A DNA stretch of 63,773 nucleotides, filler included, from Chiloscyllium plagiosum (GCF_004010195.1; 4 parts of one record of this genome joined end to end with filler, not necessarily neighbours in it); one strand, 5' to 3'. Shown: positions 52,003 to 63,773, counted from the whole stretch's first letter. Notes: generated by a model from the sequence alone, not told the origin. Numbers and translations are program-made.

Positions 52003-54078
52003 TGTAGTGAATGTAACAAGGTCAGCCAGGTGGACCTCACAGAATAGGAGTTCTCTGATTGGGGCTGATAACTCCTGGTTGACAGATATAAACAGGCTTG
52101 TCCAGGTCTGAAGACCTCCTCGTGGGTCTGCTCCTGGGCCTGGCCAAACTGGCCATAAACAGGTCCAGGCAGCGGGCCGTGGAGGGGGTCATTAGGGCCG
52201 ACTGCCTGCCCCTCTTCCGCGGTTACGTTAGGGTCCGGGTGTCCTTGGAGAAGGAGCACACGGTGTCCACCAACACCCTGGAGTTGTTCAGGGAGAGGTG
52301 GGCGCCGCAGGGAGTGGAGTGCATTATTTCCCCCTCCAACTCTATTTTGATTTAGTCCCTACCCTCCCCTTCACTGTTTTGATCACATGGCACTGCCCTT
52401 TGATGTGAAGGGCACTGCTTGTCACTGGCTACTCAGGTGTTTTCCTATCTTCCTGGTGGTGGAAATTGAATACACACACCATGGGTGCTGGGGAAAAAAA
52501 ATATAATAAGCACTACCGCCTAACTGCGGTAGTGTGGGGGAAAAACAAAAAAAAAACACAAAAAAAGTATATAACCAGGATGTTGACTAAAAACAAACAA
52601 AAAAAACATAAACAGGACCGTTCACACAGCATTGCCTTTTGTGAAGGGCAGTGCTTGTCACTGGCCACTCGGGTGTTTTCCTATCTTCCTGGTGGTGGAA
52701 ATTGAATAAAGATTCGTGCACTTTGTGTCTCTCACTGTGTCTCACACCTGCACACACACACACACACCATGGTGCTGGGGAAAAAAAAATCGGAATTATC
52801 ACACAGCTTTGCCCTTTGATGTGAAGGGCACAGCCTATCACTGGCCACTCCGGTGTTTTCCTATCTTCCTGGTGGAAAAAAGAAAAAAAAACTAAAAAAA
52901 AAGCAATAATAAAAAAAAATAAACAGGCTTGTCCAGGTCTGAGGACCTCCTCGTGAGTGTGCTCCTGGGCCTGGCCAAACTGGCCATAAACAGGTCCAGG
53001 CAGCGGGCTGTGGCGGGGGTCGTAAGGGCAGACTGCCTGCCCCTCTTCCGCGGTTACGTTAGGGCCCGAGTGTCCTTGGAGAAGGAGCACGCGGTCTCCA
53101 CCAACACCCTGGAGTTGTTCAGGGAAAGGTGGGCGCCGCAGGGAGTGGAGTGTATTATTTCCCCCTCCAACTCTTTTTTGATTTAACCTCTGCCCTCCCC
53201 TTCACTGTTTGATCACACAGTATTGCCTTTTGTGAAGGGCACTGCTTGTCACTGGCCACTCGGGTGTTTTCCTATCTTCCTGGTGGTGGAAATTGAATAA
53301 AGATTCATACACCTTGTGTCTCTCACTGTGTCTCACACCTGCACACACATACCATGGGTGCTGGGGAAAAAATAAGCACTACCGCAGTTAGGTGGGACTG
53401 TGGGGTTAAGGAAAAGAAAAATAAAATAAAAATAAAAATAAAAAATAAACAGGCTTGTCCAGGTCTGAAGACCTCCTCGTGGGTCTGCTCCTGGGCCTGG
53501 CCACACTGGCCATAAACAGGTCCAGGCAGCGGGCCGTGGAGGGGGTTGTTAGGGCTGACTGCCTGCCCCTCTTCCGCGGTTACGTTAGAGCCCGGGTGTC
53601 TCTGGAAAAGGAGCACATGGTATCCACCAACACCTTGGAGTTGTTCAGGGAGAGGTGGGCGCCACAGGAAGTGGAGTGTATTATTTCCCTCTCCAACTCT
53701 ATTTTGATTTAATCCCTGCCCTCCCCTTCACTGTTTGGTCACAGAGCATTGTCCTTTGATGTGAAGGGCACTGCTTGTCACTGGCCACTCGGGTGTTTTC
53801 TTTTCTTCCTAGCGGTGGAAGCTGACTAAAGATTTGTGCACCTTGTGTCTTTCACTGTGTCTCACACCTGCACACACACAACATGGAAGCTGGGGAAAGA
53901 ATAAGCACTACCGCAGTTAAGTGGTAGTGTGAGGGTAATAATAAAAGAAAACAGGCGTGTCAGACATCCTGTCCCCTAAGAGTGGGTTCTGAGGAAGCTG
54001 TAACAGTCTCAAGCACTGGCCATGTGTGAATAAAGGGTGCCTTGGTGATAGGATTCTGGCCTCTGTGGAGTCATTTCA
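52003..54078 (+). repeat. 5' LTR of the Gypsy element, interrupted by about 1.86 kb of Tx1-like insertions
   Basis: tgtagtgaatgtaacaaggtcagccaggtggacctca...gacagatataaacaggc (52003-52097) resumes as aaacaggcgtgtcaga...aataaagggtg...ctctgtggagtcatttca (53949-54078); both halves align to the 3' LTR. Confidence 0.9.
52090..53948 (+). mobile_element. Head-to-tail array of 5'-truncated Tx1-clade non-LTR retrotransposon 3' ends (three units carrying the ORF2 end plus two short 3'UTR-only pieces)
   Basis: Three ORFs (52098-52355, 52929-53186, 53455-53712) encode EDLLVGLLLGLAKLAINRSRQ...LFRGYVRARV...ERWAPQGVECIISP, like the recalled Tx1 ORF2 C-terminus. Each is followed by a shared 3'UTR and an A-rich tail. 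UTR-only pieces lie at about 52617-52790 and 52790-52920. Confidence 0.82.
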
Positions 54079-56299
54079 GTGGCAATGAGAGAAAAGCATG
54101 CTTCCAAAGAAACCCACTCGCAACCATTGTCTTTGAATTGGGTTAAGCATTTCCGGCATCATGCCAATATTCGGGAAGCCTGGCATGTTTGATCCTGCCA
54201 TCGAAGATTGGGCCCAGTATGTCGAAATAATGCCTTATTTTTCAGGGAAAATGGCATTGGGGCAGATAAAAATCAACAAATAATTCTCCTGACAGCTTGT
54301 GGAACATTGGCTTTTTTGGGATTTTAGGAGCTTAACTTTCATTGAGGCACCAAATGCTAAAACGTTTCAAGAGTTGATGGATTTAGTTAAGGAATATTAT
54401 GACACTCAAGACTCCTCTAATTCTGAGACGCTATCGGTTTACTCAGCAATTCAAAAACTGGGAGAATACATTTTGGGATTTTTGATGAGGTTAAGAGGAT
54501 TGGCAGAGGCTTGCGACTTTGGTTTAACCCTTAATGAGATGCTGGTATGTGATATTAATGATGTAGGCATGCAATTGCACCTACTAGCTGAAAGCCAACT
54601 GTACTTTAAACAGGCACTACAACTGGCTTTGTCATTGGAAAATGTGGCAAGTGGAGCATATGAGTTACAAGGTATTCTGATGGAAGTGGACACCTTCACC
54701 AGTCTGACTGAGCTTGGGAAACAGCACTTGAGTAGAGGCAATTGCATAACCTCACTCAGGACATATCCTGAACAGAGGGACTCTAGGTCAGCCCACAGCA
54801 AAACTCCACAACAAGCCAAGCCTCAGCCAAATGGTTAACATTTTATTCAGGATCAGGGCCAGCAAGCCATTGGGGTGGCTGCTGGTATATGGACTCAAGA
54901 GACTAAAAGAATTCCACTCGGCCTGCATTGAGCAAGAGAACCCATGGGCCTGTATCCAGGAGAATACACACCATGGAAAGTTGACCTACATACAGTTTGG
55001 AAAAATTAAATTGCTTAGCAACATCCAAATCCGAACTAGTCAAATGAATGTCTGGCTAAATGGTCACTCAGTTCTAATGAAGATTGATACCAGCGCGGCT
55101 ATATCAATGATCACAGATCCAGTCTTTAACAAAATTTGCTCTGGACTCCAACCTTTAAGTTTGCCTAAAATCTTGGCAAGACTGAGAACCTGTGCTGGAG
55201 AACCTTTCCAGATTAAGGGTATAACTTCGGTTCCAGTCTCATATGAGAAGCATCTGGACCAGTTACCACTGATGGCAGTAAAAGGCTCAGGCCCAAGCTT
55301 GATGGGGCACAACTGATTGAGAAAGAGTCTCCAATTCAATTAAAAAATGGCTGTCTGAGTGAAGTCCTAATTAAACACCCAGAAGCTTTGCAGGAAGGTC
55401 TAGCGACTGTCAGGGGAGCCAAGGCCACATCCATATTGACCAGGAAGCAATTCTATGATTCTGCAAGGTCCACCCATTGCCACTTGCCTTATATGCAAAA
55501 ACATAGAAGCAGAAATTAGGTGACTGGAAAGTGAAGGAATCATCAAACCAATACAGTTTACAGAATAGGCAGCACTGGTTGTACTGATTGTGAAACCCAA
55601 TGGGTTGATTTGCCTTTGTGGGGAGTTTAAGCAAACAGTAAACCGCTTCTCCCAGCTGGATAAATACCAGATTTATCACATAGAGGATTTATACATAAAG
55701 CTGGCAGGGGTGCTGCCCTTCACAAAGCTATACATGAGCCATGCATACCTGCAATTGTGGTTAGATGAGGATTCCCAGAAGTATGCTACACCCATAAGGG
55801 GTTGCACCAATCTATGAGACTGCCATTTGGGGTATTATCAGCCTGCGCCATTTTTCAGTGGATGATGGAGAACATTTTACAAGGGCTACCCTAGATCGTC
55901 ATTCATCAATGAAGTGCACTTAGAGAACATGGAGATAGTCCTTAGGCATTTCTCGAAGGTGGTGATATGTGTTACAAGGGAAAAATGTGCATTCCAGTCA
56001 CCACAAGTGTCTTTCTTGGGCTACGGAGTTGAAAAGTCTGGGTTACACCTGTTGGAAGATAAAGTGAGGGTGATCAAAGGTGCCCTGTCTCCCACTTCTA
56101 TACCAGAGCTTAGGTCTTTCACTAGATTGGTGAATTATTCCTTGGAAAGTTTACATGTAACTTGGCCTCCTTCCTGGTACTCTTACATCTGCCATTGAGA
56201 AAGGGTCAGCCTTGGAAATGGTCTCAAGGTGTGGCTTTTAGGGAAGTGAAGAAGCAACTATCATTGTCTAAGATGTTTGTACAAATGATCCCAAGCGAA

Positions 56300-56613
56300 A
56301 TTAGATTACTTACAGTGTGGAAACAGGCCCTTTGGCCCAACAAGTCCACACCGACCCGCCAAAGCACAACCCACTCAGACCCATTCCCTTACATTTACCC
56401 CTGCACCTATCACTACAGGCAATTTAGCATGGCCAATTCACCTGACCTGCACATTGTTTGGACTGTGGGAGGAACCTGGAGCATCCGGAGGAAACCCACG
56501 CAGACACGGGGAGAATGTGCAAACTCCACACAGAGTTTCGCCTGAGGTGGGAATTGAACCCGGGTCTCTGGCACGATGAGGTAGCAGTGCTAACCACTGT
56601 GCCACCGTGCCGC
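56300..56613 (-). mobile_element. Full-length HE1-like V-SINE inserted into Gypsy pol
   Basis: Reverse strand reads ggcggcacggtggcacagtggttagcactgc...ggttcaattcc, V domain and tail; it interrupts the RT-RNase H connection. Confidence 0.9.
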
Positions 56614-58436
56614 CCACAAAATCTGGTGCTGACATGCAATGTTTCCCTGTATGGTATCGGGGTAGTGTTGGCTCACAGACAGCCCAACGGAAAGAAATGC
56701 CCAATAGCGTATGCTTCCCAGACTTTGGCTGATGCAGAGCGCAAATACACCCAGATAGAGAAGGAAGGCTTGGTGGTCATCTTTGGTGTGAGGAAATTTC
56801 TTTATGGATGTACATTTGTAACAGTAGCAGGCCACAAAACCCTACCAGGGCTACTTAAAGAGGACAAGGCAGTGCCATCCGTAGCTTCAGGTCAAATTCA
56901 GGCGGTGGGCTCTCACTCTCTGTGTACCATTACAAAATGGAACACAGTCCAGGAGGCCAAGGAGCAAATGTGAATGCATCCAGTGCCTCCCATTGGCAGA
57001 TCCACCACAAGTGGTGTCAACACTGGAAGAATCCATTCTGGTTTTAAAACTTTCTGGACAGCCTTGCAATCATCGCTGACAATATCAGACTGTGGGTGCA
57101 ATAAGATCTGCTTCTGGCAAAACTGAAACATCTGGTCCTAATAGGGGAGCAAAAGAACCATCACAACCAGAACTGAAACCATTCTGGACGTGGAGAGACC
57201 AGATCACTGTAGACAATGGTGTTTTACTATGGGGAGCAACAGTGATTGTCCTGGGTAAAAGTCCTGGACTGAATTCCACTACAGTCATCCAAAATGAAGA
57301 TGTTGGCAAGAAGTTATGTCTAGAGGCTAGGATTAGATGCTGGCATGGCAGCTGGGTGGGGCAGTGCCCAGAGTGCCAATGAGGACAAAATTACTGCCAG
57401 CAGCTTGCCAACATTTGTACGAATGGCAGAGTAAATACTGGACTCAATTACATGTCAACTATGCAGGTCCTTTCATGGGCTCAATGTTCTTAATCACTGT
57501 GGATATCCACTCAAAGTGGCTGCACATGCATTAAGTTCATTTATCAAACATAGGGATGGTGATAGAAAAACTATGGGAATCTTTTGCAATCCACAGGCTT
57601 CTGGAAGTGTTGGTCACAGACAATGGGCCATCGTTTACGAGCAGGGAATTCAAGTATTTCCTAAAGTTGAATGGCATTCAGCATGTAAGGACAGCTCCAT
57701 ACCATCCATCATCCAATGACCTGGCAAAAAGGAGCACTACAAACTTTGAAGGCAGGCTTAAAGATACAGCCTACAGCTTCACTCAATACCAAGCTGTCCA
57801 GATTCCTATTTGATAATAAAACCACTCCTCATGTAACTACGGGATAACTCCAGCGAGAGGACTGTGCACCAGGCTACATCAGATCTTCCCACACCTTGGC
57901 GGGGTGTTGGGTGAAATGGCATCAGGAACACCAATGCCTGAGTCAAGACTACTCTAAGTGAGAGAGACAGACTACTTTCGGGGACAGAGTTTGGTGCCAA
58001 AACCACAGAAATGGTCCTGCATGGGTAAGAGGTATGGTCGACGCGAGATCAGGTCCTGAAATATATGAAGTTCAGGTAGGTGAGGCGTTTCTGAACAAGT
58101 ATGTGGACCACATGAAAGCTGCAAATCATGAATGGGGCAGGAGCAAAACATGCCCAGCCCCTCAGAACAGCTAGAAAAGGTGTCAAAACCCATGGATTCC
58201 CCCCCCTTCATCTAGTGTTGAAGAAACGTCAAAATCTGAAATAGACACGGCAGATGTCACAGCCTCAACGCCTTTATCGACTGAAGAAGAGGATGAATAT
58301 CTTCTGAGTGTATGGTCTGCTATACGTCTCCTGAATCTAAGGTTGAGTAGGAGAAACCGGACCAAGTGAGAAAACACCCAAGGAGAGGCTACAAGAGGAA
58401 GAACAGGCCTACGTCCCCAGACTTTGAGAGGAGGGA

Positions 58437-58657
58437 TGTAGTGATTGTAATGAGGTCAGCCAGGTGGACCTCATAGAATTTGAGTTCCGTTATCGGGAAT
58501 GTTAGCCTGGTCCAATCAGGGAGCCCTGGCTGACAGAGAAAACAGGAGTGTCAGATGTTCTGTTCACTCTGAGGAAGTCGGATCGTGGTCAAGTATAATG
58601 CAAGTGTAAATAAAGGGTGACTTGGTGACGGGATACCAGCCTCTGTGGAATTATTCA
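58437..58657 (+). repeat. 3' LTR of the Gypsy element
   Basis: tgtagtgattgtaatgaggtcagccaggtggacctca...aataaagggtgacttggtga...ctctgtggaattattca, directly after the polypurine tract. Confidence 0.9.
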
Positions 58658-58732
58658 ACTTTCCTTATACTAGAGAACCAAAACCACTCATAGTACTCCA
58701 GATGTAGTCTTACAGCACCTTGTACAATTCCA

Positions 58733-59780
58733 GGAGAAAGTGAGGACTGCAGAGGCTGGAGATCAGAGCTGAAAAATGTGTTGCTGGAAAAGCGCAGCAG
58801 GTGAGGCAGCATCCAAGGAGCAGGAGAATCAACGTTTTGGGCATAAGCCCTTCTTCAGGAATGAGGAAGGTGTGCCAAGCAGGCTAAGATAAAAGGTAGA
58901 TAGGAGGGACTTGGGGGAGGGGCGTTGAGAATGCGATAGGTGGAAGGAGGTTAAGGTGAGGGTGATAGGCCAGAGAGGGGGTGTGGGCGGAGAGGTCGGG
59001 AAGAAGATTGCAGGTCAAGAAGGCGGTGCTGAGTCCGAGGGGTGGGACTGAGAAAAGGTGGGGAGAGGGGAAATGAGGAAGCTGGAGAAATCTGCATTCA
59101 TCCCTTGTGGTGGGTGGGTTCCTAGGCAGAAGATGAGGCGCTCTTCCTCCAGGCATTGTGTTGCCATGGTCTGGCGAAGGAGGAGGCCAAGGACCTGCAT
59201 GTCCTTGGCGGAGTGGGAGGGGAANNNNNNNNNNNNNNNNNNNNNNNNNNNNNNNNNNNNNNNNNNNNTTAATTAATTAANNNNNNNNNNNNNNNNNNNN
59301 NNNNNNNNNNNNNNNNNNNNNNNNACTCTGCCGAGGACATGGAGGTCCTGGGCCTCCTTCACCGCCGCTCCCTCACCACCAGACACCTGGAGGAAGAATG
59401 CCTCATCTTCCGCCTCGGAACACTTCTACCCCAGGGCATCAATGTGGACTTCAACAGTTTCCTCATTTCTGGTTCCCCCACCTCACCCTAGTTCCAAACT
59501 TCCAGTTCAGCACTGTCCCCATGACTTGTGCTCCCTGCCTATCTTCTTTTCCACCTATCCACTCCACCCTCCTCCCTGACCTATCACCTTCATCCCCTCC
59601 CCCACTCACCTATTGTACTCTATGCTACTCTCTCCCCACCCCCACCCTCCTCTAGCTTATCTCTCCACGCTTCAGGCTCTCTGCCTTTATTCCTGATGAA
59701 GGGCTTTTGCCCGAAATGTCGATTTTACTGCTCCTCAGATGCTGCCTGAACCGCTGTGCTCTTCCAGCACCACTAACCCA
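58733..59780. mobile_element. Two oppositely oriented Penelope-like 3' ends flanking a gap (- 58733-59224; + 59325-59780)
   Basis: LEEERLIFCLGT...GMN (minus) and LEEECLIFRLGT...GINVDF (plus); each ends in a hammerhead-bearing repeat. Confidence 0.85.
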
Positions 59781-59782
59781 GA

Positions 59783-60175
59783 GTCTGTACTCCATAGAGT
59801 TTGGAAGAATGAAAGACAACCTTATTGAAACATACTATTTGCTTATGGGACTTGACATAGTAGGTGGGCAGAACTGTAGGACAGACGATGAAAAGAGGGC
59901 ACAATCTCAGAGTAAGGGATTGTCCATTTAAGACGGAGATGAGGAGGAATGTCTTCCCTCAGAGTATAGCAAATCTGTGGAATTTCTTACCACAGAGGAC
60001 TGTCAGGCTGAGTTTTTAAGTATGTTCAAGGCTGAGATAGACAGATTTTAATCAGCAAGTAAATCAAGGATTATGGGGACAGAGCAGGAGAGTGGAGTTG
60101 AGGATTATCAGATCAGCCATGATCTCATTGAATGCAATCTTAATAGACTGGATGGCCTATGCTGTTTCTACATTT
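59783..60175 (+). mobile_element. Old CR1 3' fragment
   Basis: RMKDNLIETY remnant and CR1-type UTR (gatcagccatgatctcattgaat). Confidence 0.75.
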
Positions 60176-60599
60176 TAAGGACTTTTGGGACATATTGCTG
60201 TTTGACAGTCAAGAATCACCTAACCGGTCAATGATTTTGTCCCCAAGTTAAAGATGGAGTGCAAGGCTGGACTTTCAGAACAGTAGAAAGATAAAATTTG
60301 ATTTCTGAAGAATGTGAAAGCTACAGTAATATATACACTCGAAGGCTAACAACCTCATTCACTGCAAACAAAACGCCGAGTGGCCAAACCGTGTATTTCA
60401 CAGCACCAGCTTACATCACAGAATGATGTTAAAAATACAGACATCGGAATTTTGAAATGGCAAATAAAACTGGCGCTCAACAGTGATGACAAAACAATAC
60501 GTCAAGCGTGGATGAGCTATGGTTTAAATAATAGAGATTCTGGACATCTTAAAACAAAATAGGCTTAACTCAGGTGAACCATTACTACAAGTTGGTAAC

Positions 60600-61330
60600 G
60601 CTGGATTCGTTCATCCACGGGTCCCTTTGTCTACTGCTAACATTGTTACATGGTTCCTGAAAAACACCTTTTTGAATTCAGTGATCCGGGCAGTCCTGAG
60701 TGACCTTCCGCACTAGGGAAGGTGGGTGTTGTAGGGGTCCCAGACCTGTGCAAAGCTTGTGGAGCCTCACAGCTTTCAACCTGGCCGCAAAATGAATGAG
60801 CTGTGCCAGTGAAAACGCCGGCACCCCGGGGCAGCCCGTATGTGCAAGCCGTCACGTCGCAAGCTGTTCACATATGCAGGACGAAACTTTTCTGAGTTCA
60901 CTTGAGTCTGTGTTCAAGGGAGAAGATTATGATTAAGGCTGACTCACAGGCTCTTCGCTGGAGAGTACGGACGGTGGGGTTTCTCCACCAGGAGCAGCTC
61001 CGAACCGAGGGAGGCAAAATCTTGAAGAAACTCGCCATCTCTGTGTCTATCTATCTGTGTGTGTGAACAGAGGCTGTAATGTGGGAGCAGGAAGAATCCA
61101 ATACGTAAGCTGCGTGAAGGCGGCCCATAACGTGCTCTGGGTGCAGCTGAAACAAGCTTTGTGAGTGAGAGCCACAAAGTCACAGTAGTTCCCATTTACC
61201 CAAACATCAGCATCTTCCAAATTTCAGAAGCAGGACCTGGGGGCATTGCCCAGTCGATTATTACCAGAATCATGAAATGAGGGAAGGTTTAAAATCTACA
61301 ATTTGAAATGAATGATGACGTGCTCCCAAC
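60600..61330. promoter_or_regulatory. CpG-island-like, non-repetitive block; probable promoter or first-exon region
   Basis: CpG density is visibly higher than in other unique DNA of the window (e.g. aacgccggcaccccgggg, gccgtcacgtcgc, tacggacgg, tccgaaccga); estimated by eye, not computed. Confidence 0.5.
60948..61038 (-). CDS. Candidate first coding exon (91 bp) of an unidentified gene; peptide resembles a mitochondrial targeting presequence
   Basis: ATG in good Kozak context (gagATGG), peptide MASFFKILPPSVRSCSWWRNPTVRTLQRRA (rich in R/S, no acidic residues), ends at a consensus donor T|gtgagt, and lies in the locally CpG-rich block. No downstream exon identified. Confidence 0.45.
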
Positions 61331-63284
61331 TGCCTGATGAGGCAGGAAAACGACTTTTCACAATGACTGTCTCATTCGGTTGATTTTTTTTTTCCCCGAA
61401 TTGCCTTTATTGAAAGATACTTTGTATAAACGGAGACAGTATTTCAAACGATGCAAACAAAATGTGATGGAGGGGAAACCCAGTGGGTCTGGCAGCATCT
61501 GTGGAAAGAATGAACAGTTAATGTTGCAAGTCTGATCTGACTCTTTGGGACTCTTTCAAAAGTCACATTGGACTCAAAATATTTAACTACGTCTTTTATC
61601 TCCATAGATGCTACTCAGTTTCTCTGGCGTTTTGTTATTCTTTTAATTTCAGATTTCCAGTAGCTGCAAAACTTTGCTTGTATTCGAATGTTTCAAGCAA
61701 AGGGAAGACGCTTCCCAGGAAAACTTTCAAACATTTCTGCTGGCAAAGCTCAGCTCCACGTTTAAGGGAGGCCGAATGCCACACCATGTCTCCAGGAGAT
61801 GTCCTCAGACAGACACAGGAAGTAGTCGGTTGAGGAGAATGCCTGTCGACAATAATCCGTGCTATGGACCTGAGGGAATGTAAATCAAAATCCATAACAT
61901 GATTGATGTTTATTCTTGAAGAGGGTTATAATTGTCATATTCTTGCAGTTGACAGCAAGGGAGTGAGTAGAGTTTCTTGGCTCCCAAATCCCTAGGATCA
62001 GTTTGTGAAGTTTTGATGTGAGCATAAGCCAACCCGGTTTGATCTCAGCTGGAACGCCACCACAGCTGCAGGCTTTGTTGTTTTCTGTCATTTAGTTGTT
62101 TGTCGCAACTCTCTGATCCATGATCATGGATTCAACTGTGGGGTATTGAGGGATAGCCCAGAGACTATCAGTTGGCACGGCAGATTCAAAGTTGAAAAGT
62201 TGTTGAAAATATCCTTTCTACCATTTACAGATGGCATTATCAGCTTTAAGAAAAAGAAACACTATCTTGTGAACAATGGAGATATTATCCATTTGATCTT
62301 AGTCTTTTTTAAAGATTAAATCATGGAATTTGGGCATCAATAGCTGACCAGCATTTAATGCCCATAGCTAGTTCTCCTTGAGATGGTGGCGGTGAGCTTC
62401 CTTCTAGAACCACTGCAGTCTGTTTGGTATATGTGCACCCAGCATTCTGACCCAGTGATACTTAAGGAGCGATAATATATTTACAAGTCAGGATAGTGCA
62501 CAGCTTGGACGAGAACTTAGTAGGTTATGATGTTCCCATGTATCTGCCACCCTTGACCTACTAGATAATTTGTTGTGGGTTTGGAAACTGCTGTCCAAAG
62601 ACCATTGATTAATTTCTGCAGTGCATCCTGAAAATAGTACATCCTGCTGCTACTGAATGTTAGTGGTGGATGGACTGAATATTCTGTGGTGCTAATCAAG
62701 CAAGCTGCCTTGTCCTGGCTGGTATCAAACATCTTGACTGTTATTGGAGCTGCAGTCATCCAGGCAAGTGGGAAGTACTATATTCCATCACACCCCTGAC
62801 TCAGAACATGAGTTACTTGCTGCATGGTTCCTTGCTTCTGCCTTTCGCTTGTCGCTACAATATTTATATGGCTAGTCCAGTTCAGATTCTAGTCAGTGAT
62901 ACCTCGTCAGGATAAGAAATAAGAACAGGAGTAGGCCATTCTGCCCCTCCAGTCTATTCCATTATTCAGCAGGATAATGGGTGATCTGGCATGCCTTAGG
63001 TCTACTTTCCTGCATTTCCCTCACAACCCTTGATTCTCCTACTGAACAAAAATCTATTTATTGTTTACAGTGGGGAATTCAGCAATGGCAATTCCATTGA
63101 ATCTCAAAAGCTGATGGTCAGATGGTCTTATTGGAAAAGGACAGCCCCATATAGCATGTCACTTGCCGCTTGTCAGCTTAAACCTAGATATTGTTCATTC
63201 TGAATATGAACATGGATTGCTTCAATATCTGAGGGATTGTGAATGATGCTGAACATATGCTGTCTTTGGGCAATATTCTCATTT

Positions 63285-63773
63285 AGAGTCATAGAGATGT
63301 ACAGCATGGAAACAGATCCTTTGGTCCAACCTGTCCAAGCCGACTAGATATCCCAACCCAATCTAGTCCCACCTGTCAGCACCCGGCCCATATCCCTCCA
63401 AACCTTTCCTATTCATATACCCATCCAAATGCCTTTTAAATGTTGCAATTGTATCAGCCTCCTCCACTTCCTCTTGCAGCTCATTCCATACTCGTACCAC
63501 CCTTTGTGTGAAAAAGTTGCCCCTTAGGTCTCTTTTATGTCTTTCTCCTCTCACCCTAAACCTATGCCCTCTAGTTCTGGATTCCCCCACCCCAGGGAAA
63601 AGACTTTACCTATTTATCCTATCCATGCCCCTCATAATTTTGTAAACCTCNNNNNNNNNNNNNNNNNNNNNNNACCCTAAACCTATGCCCTTTAGTTCTG
63701 GATTCCCCCACCCAGGGAAAAGACTTTACCTATTTATCCTATCCATGCCCCTCATAATTTTGTAAACCTCGAT
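63285..63773 (-). mobile_element. CR1 LINE 3' end
   Basis: GESRTRGHRFRVRG...NFFTQRVVRVWNEL; tail as in 24436-25455. Confidence 0.92.

Larger units (their letters stand above)
52003..58657 (+). mobile_element. Decayed Gypsy/Ty3 LTR retrotransposon (Mag/K02A2.6-like) with both LTRs
   Basis: TG...CA LTRs; PBS-like gtggcaatgag at 54079; gag start MPIFGKPGMFDPAIEDWAQYVE (~54160); protease MKIDTSAAISMI (~55077); RT remnants (~55500-56050); RNase H CPIAYASQTLADAERKYTQIEKEGL (~56700); integrase VLVTDNGPSFTSREF...TAPYHPSSN (~57600); PPT gagaggaggga at 58426-58436. PR-RT-RH-IN order; many stops and frameshifts. Confidence 0.93.

Noticed and set aside
52098..53712. Three near-identical 85-aa ORFs as a tandem host gene family or CRISPR-like array
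   Set aside because: They start at TTG, match a retrotransposon ORF2 end and carry poly(A) tails; there is no repeat-spacer structure.
61635..62091. Minus-strand ORFs with an acceptor-like site at about 61870
   Set aside because: No recognisable protein similarity or clear donor; not the missing CMYA5 exon.
63553..63770. About 97-bp direct repeat either side of a 23-N gap
   Set aside because: Most likely overlapping contig ends or two haplotypes of one CR1 copy.

Overview
Repeat-dense eukaryotic DNA, by inference from a cartilaginous fish (shark). The basis is HE1-like V-SINEs and shark-type CR1 and Penelope repeats recognised from memory, with no database search run. The draft assembly has several N gaps. 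The only securely recognisable host coding sequence is two intact, phase-compatible minus-strand exons (51639-51788 and 50031-50178) encoding fibronectin type III segments that resemble CMYA5/myospryn. A CpG-rich block near 60.6-61.3 kb holds a candidate minus-strand first coding exon (61038-60948) that reads like a mitochondrial presequence and cannot splice in frame to those exons. The rest is mostly retroelements: many CR1 LINEs (one with an intact 516-aa RT frame), L1, Rex/L2-type and Penelope-like fragments, and a decayed Gypsy element (52003-58657). The most unusual structures are three: (i) a head-to-tail stack of Tx1-clade retrotransposon 3' ends, all at one TATA-like motif of the Gypsy 5' LTR; (ii) many short Penelope-derived elements with minimal hammerhead-ribozyme cores and 12-15 bp target-site duplications; (iii) a fold-back palindrome with 401-bp arms at about 99% identity (8238-9133).
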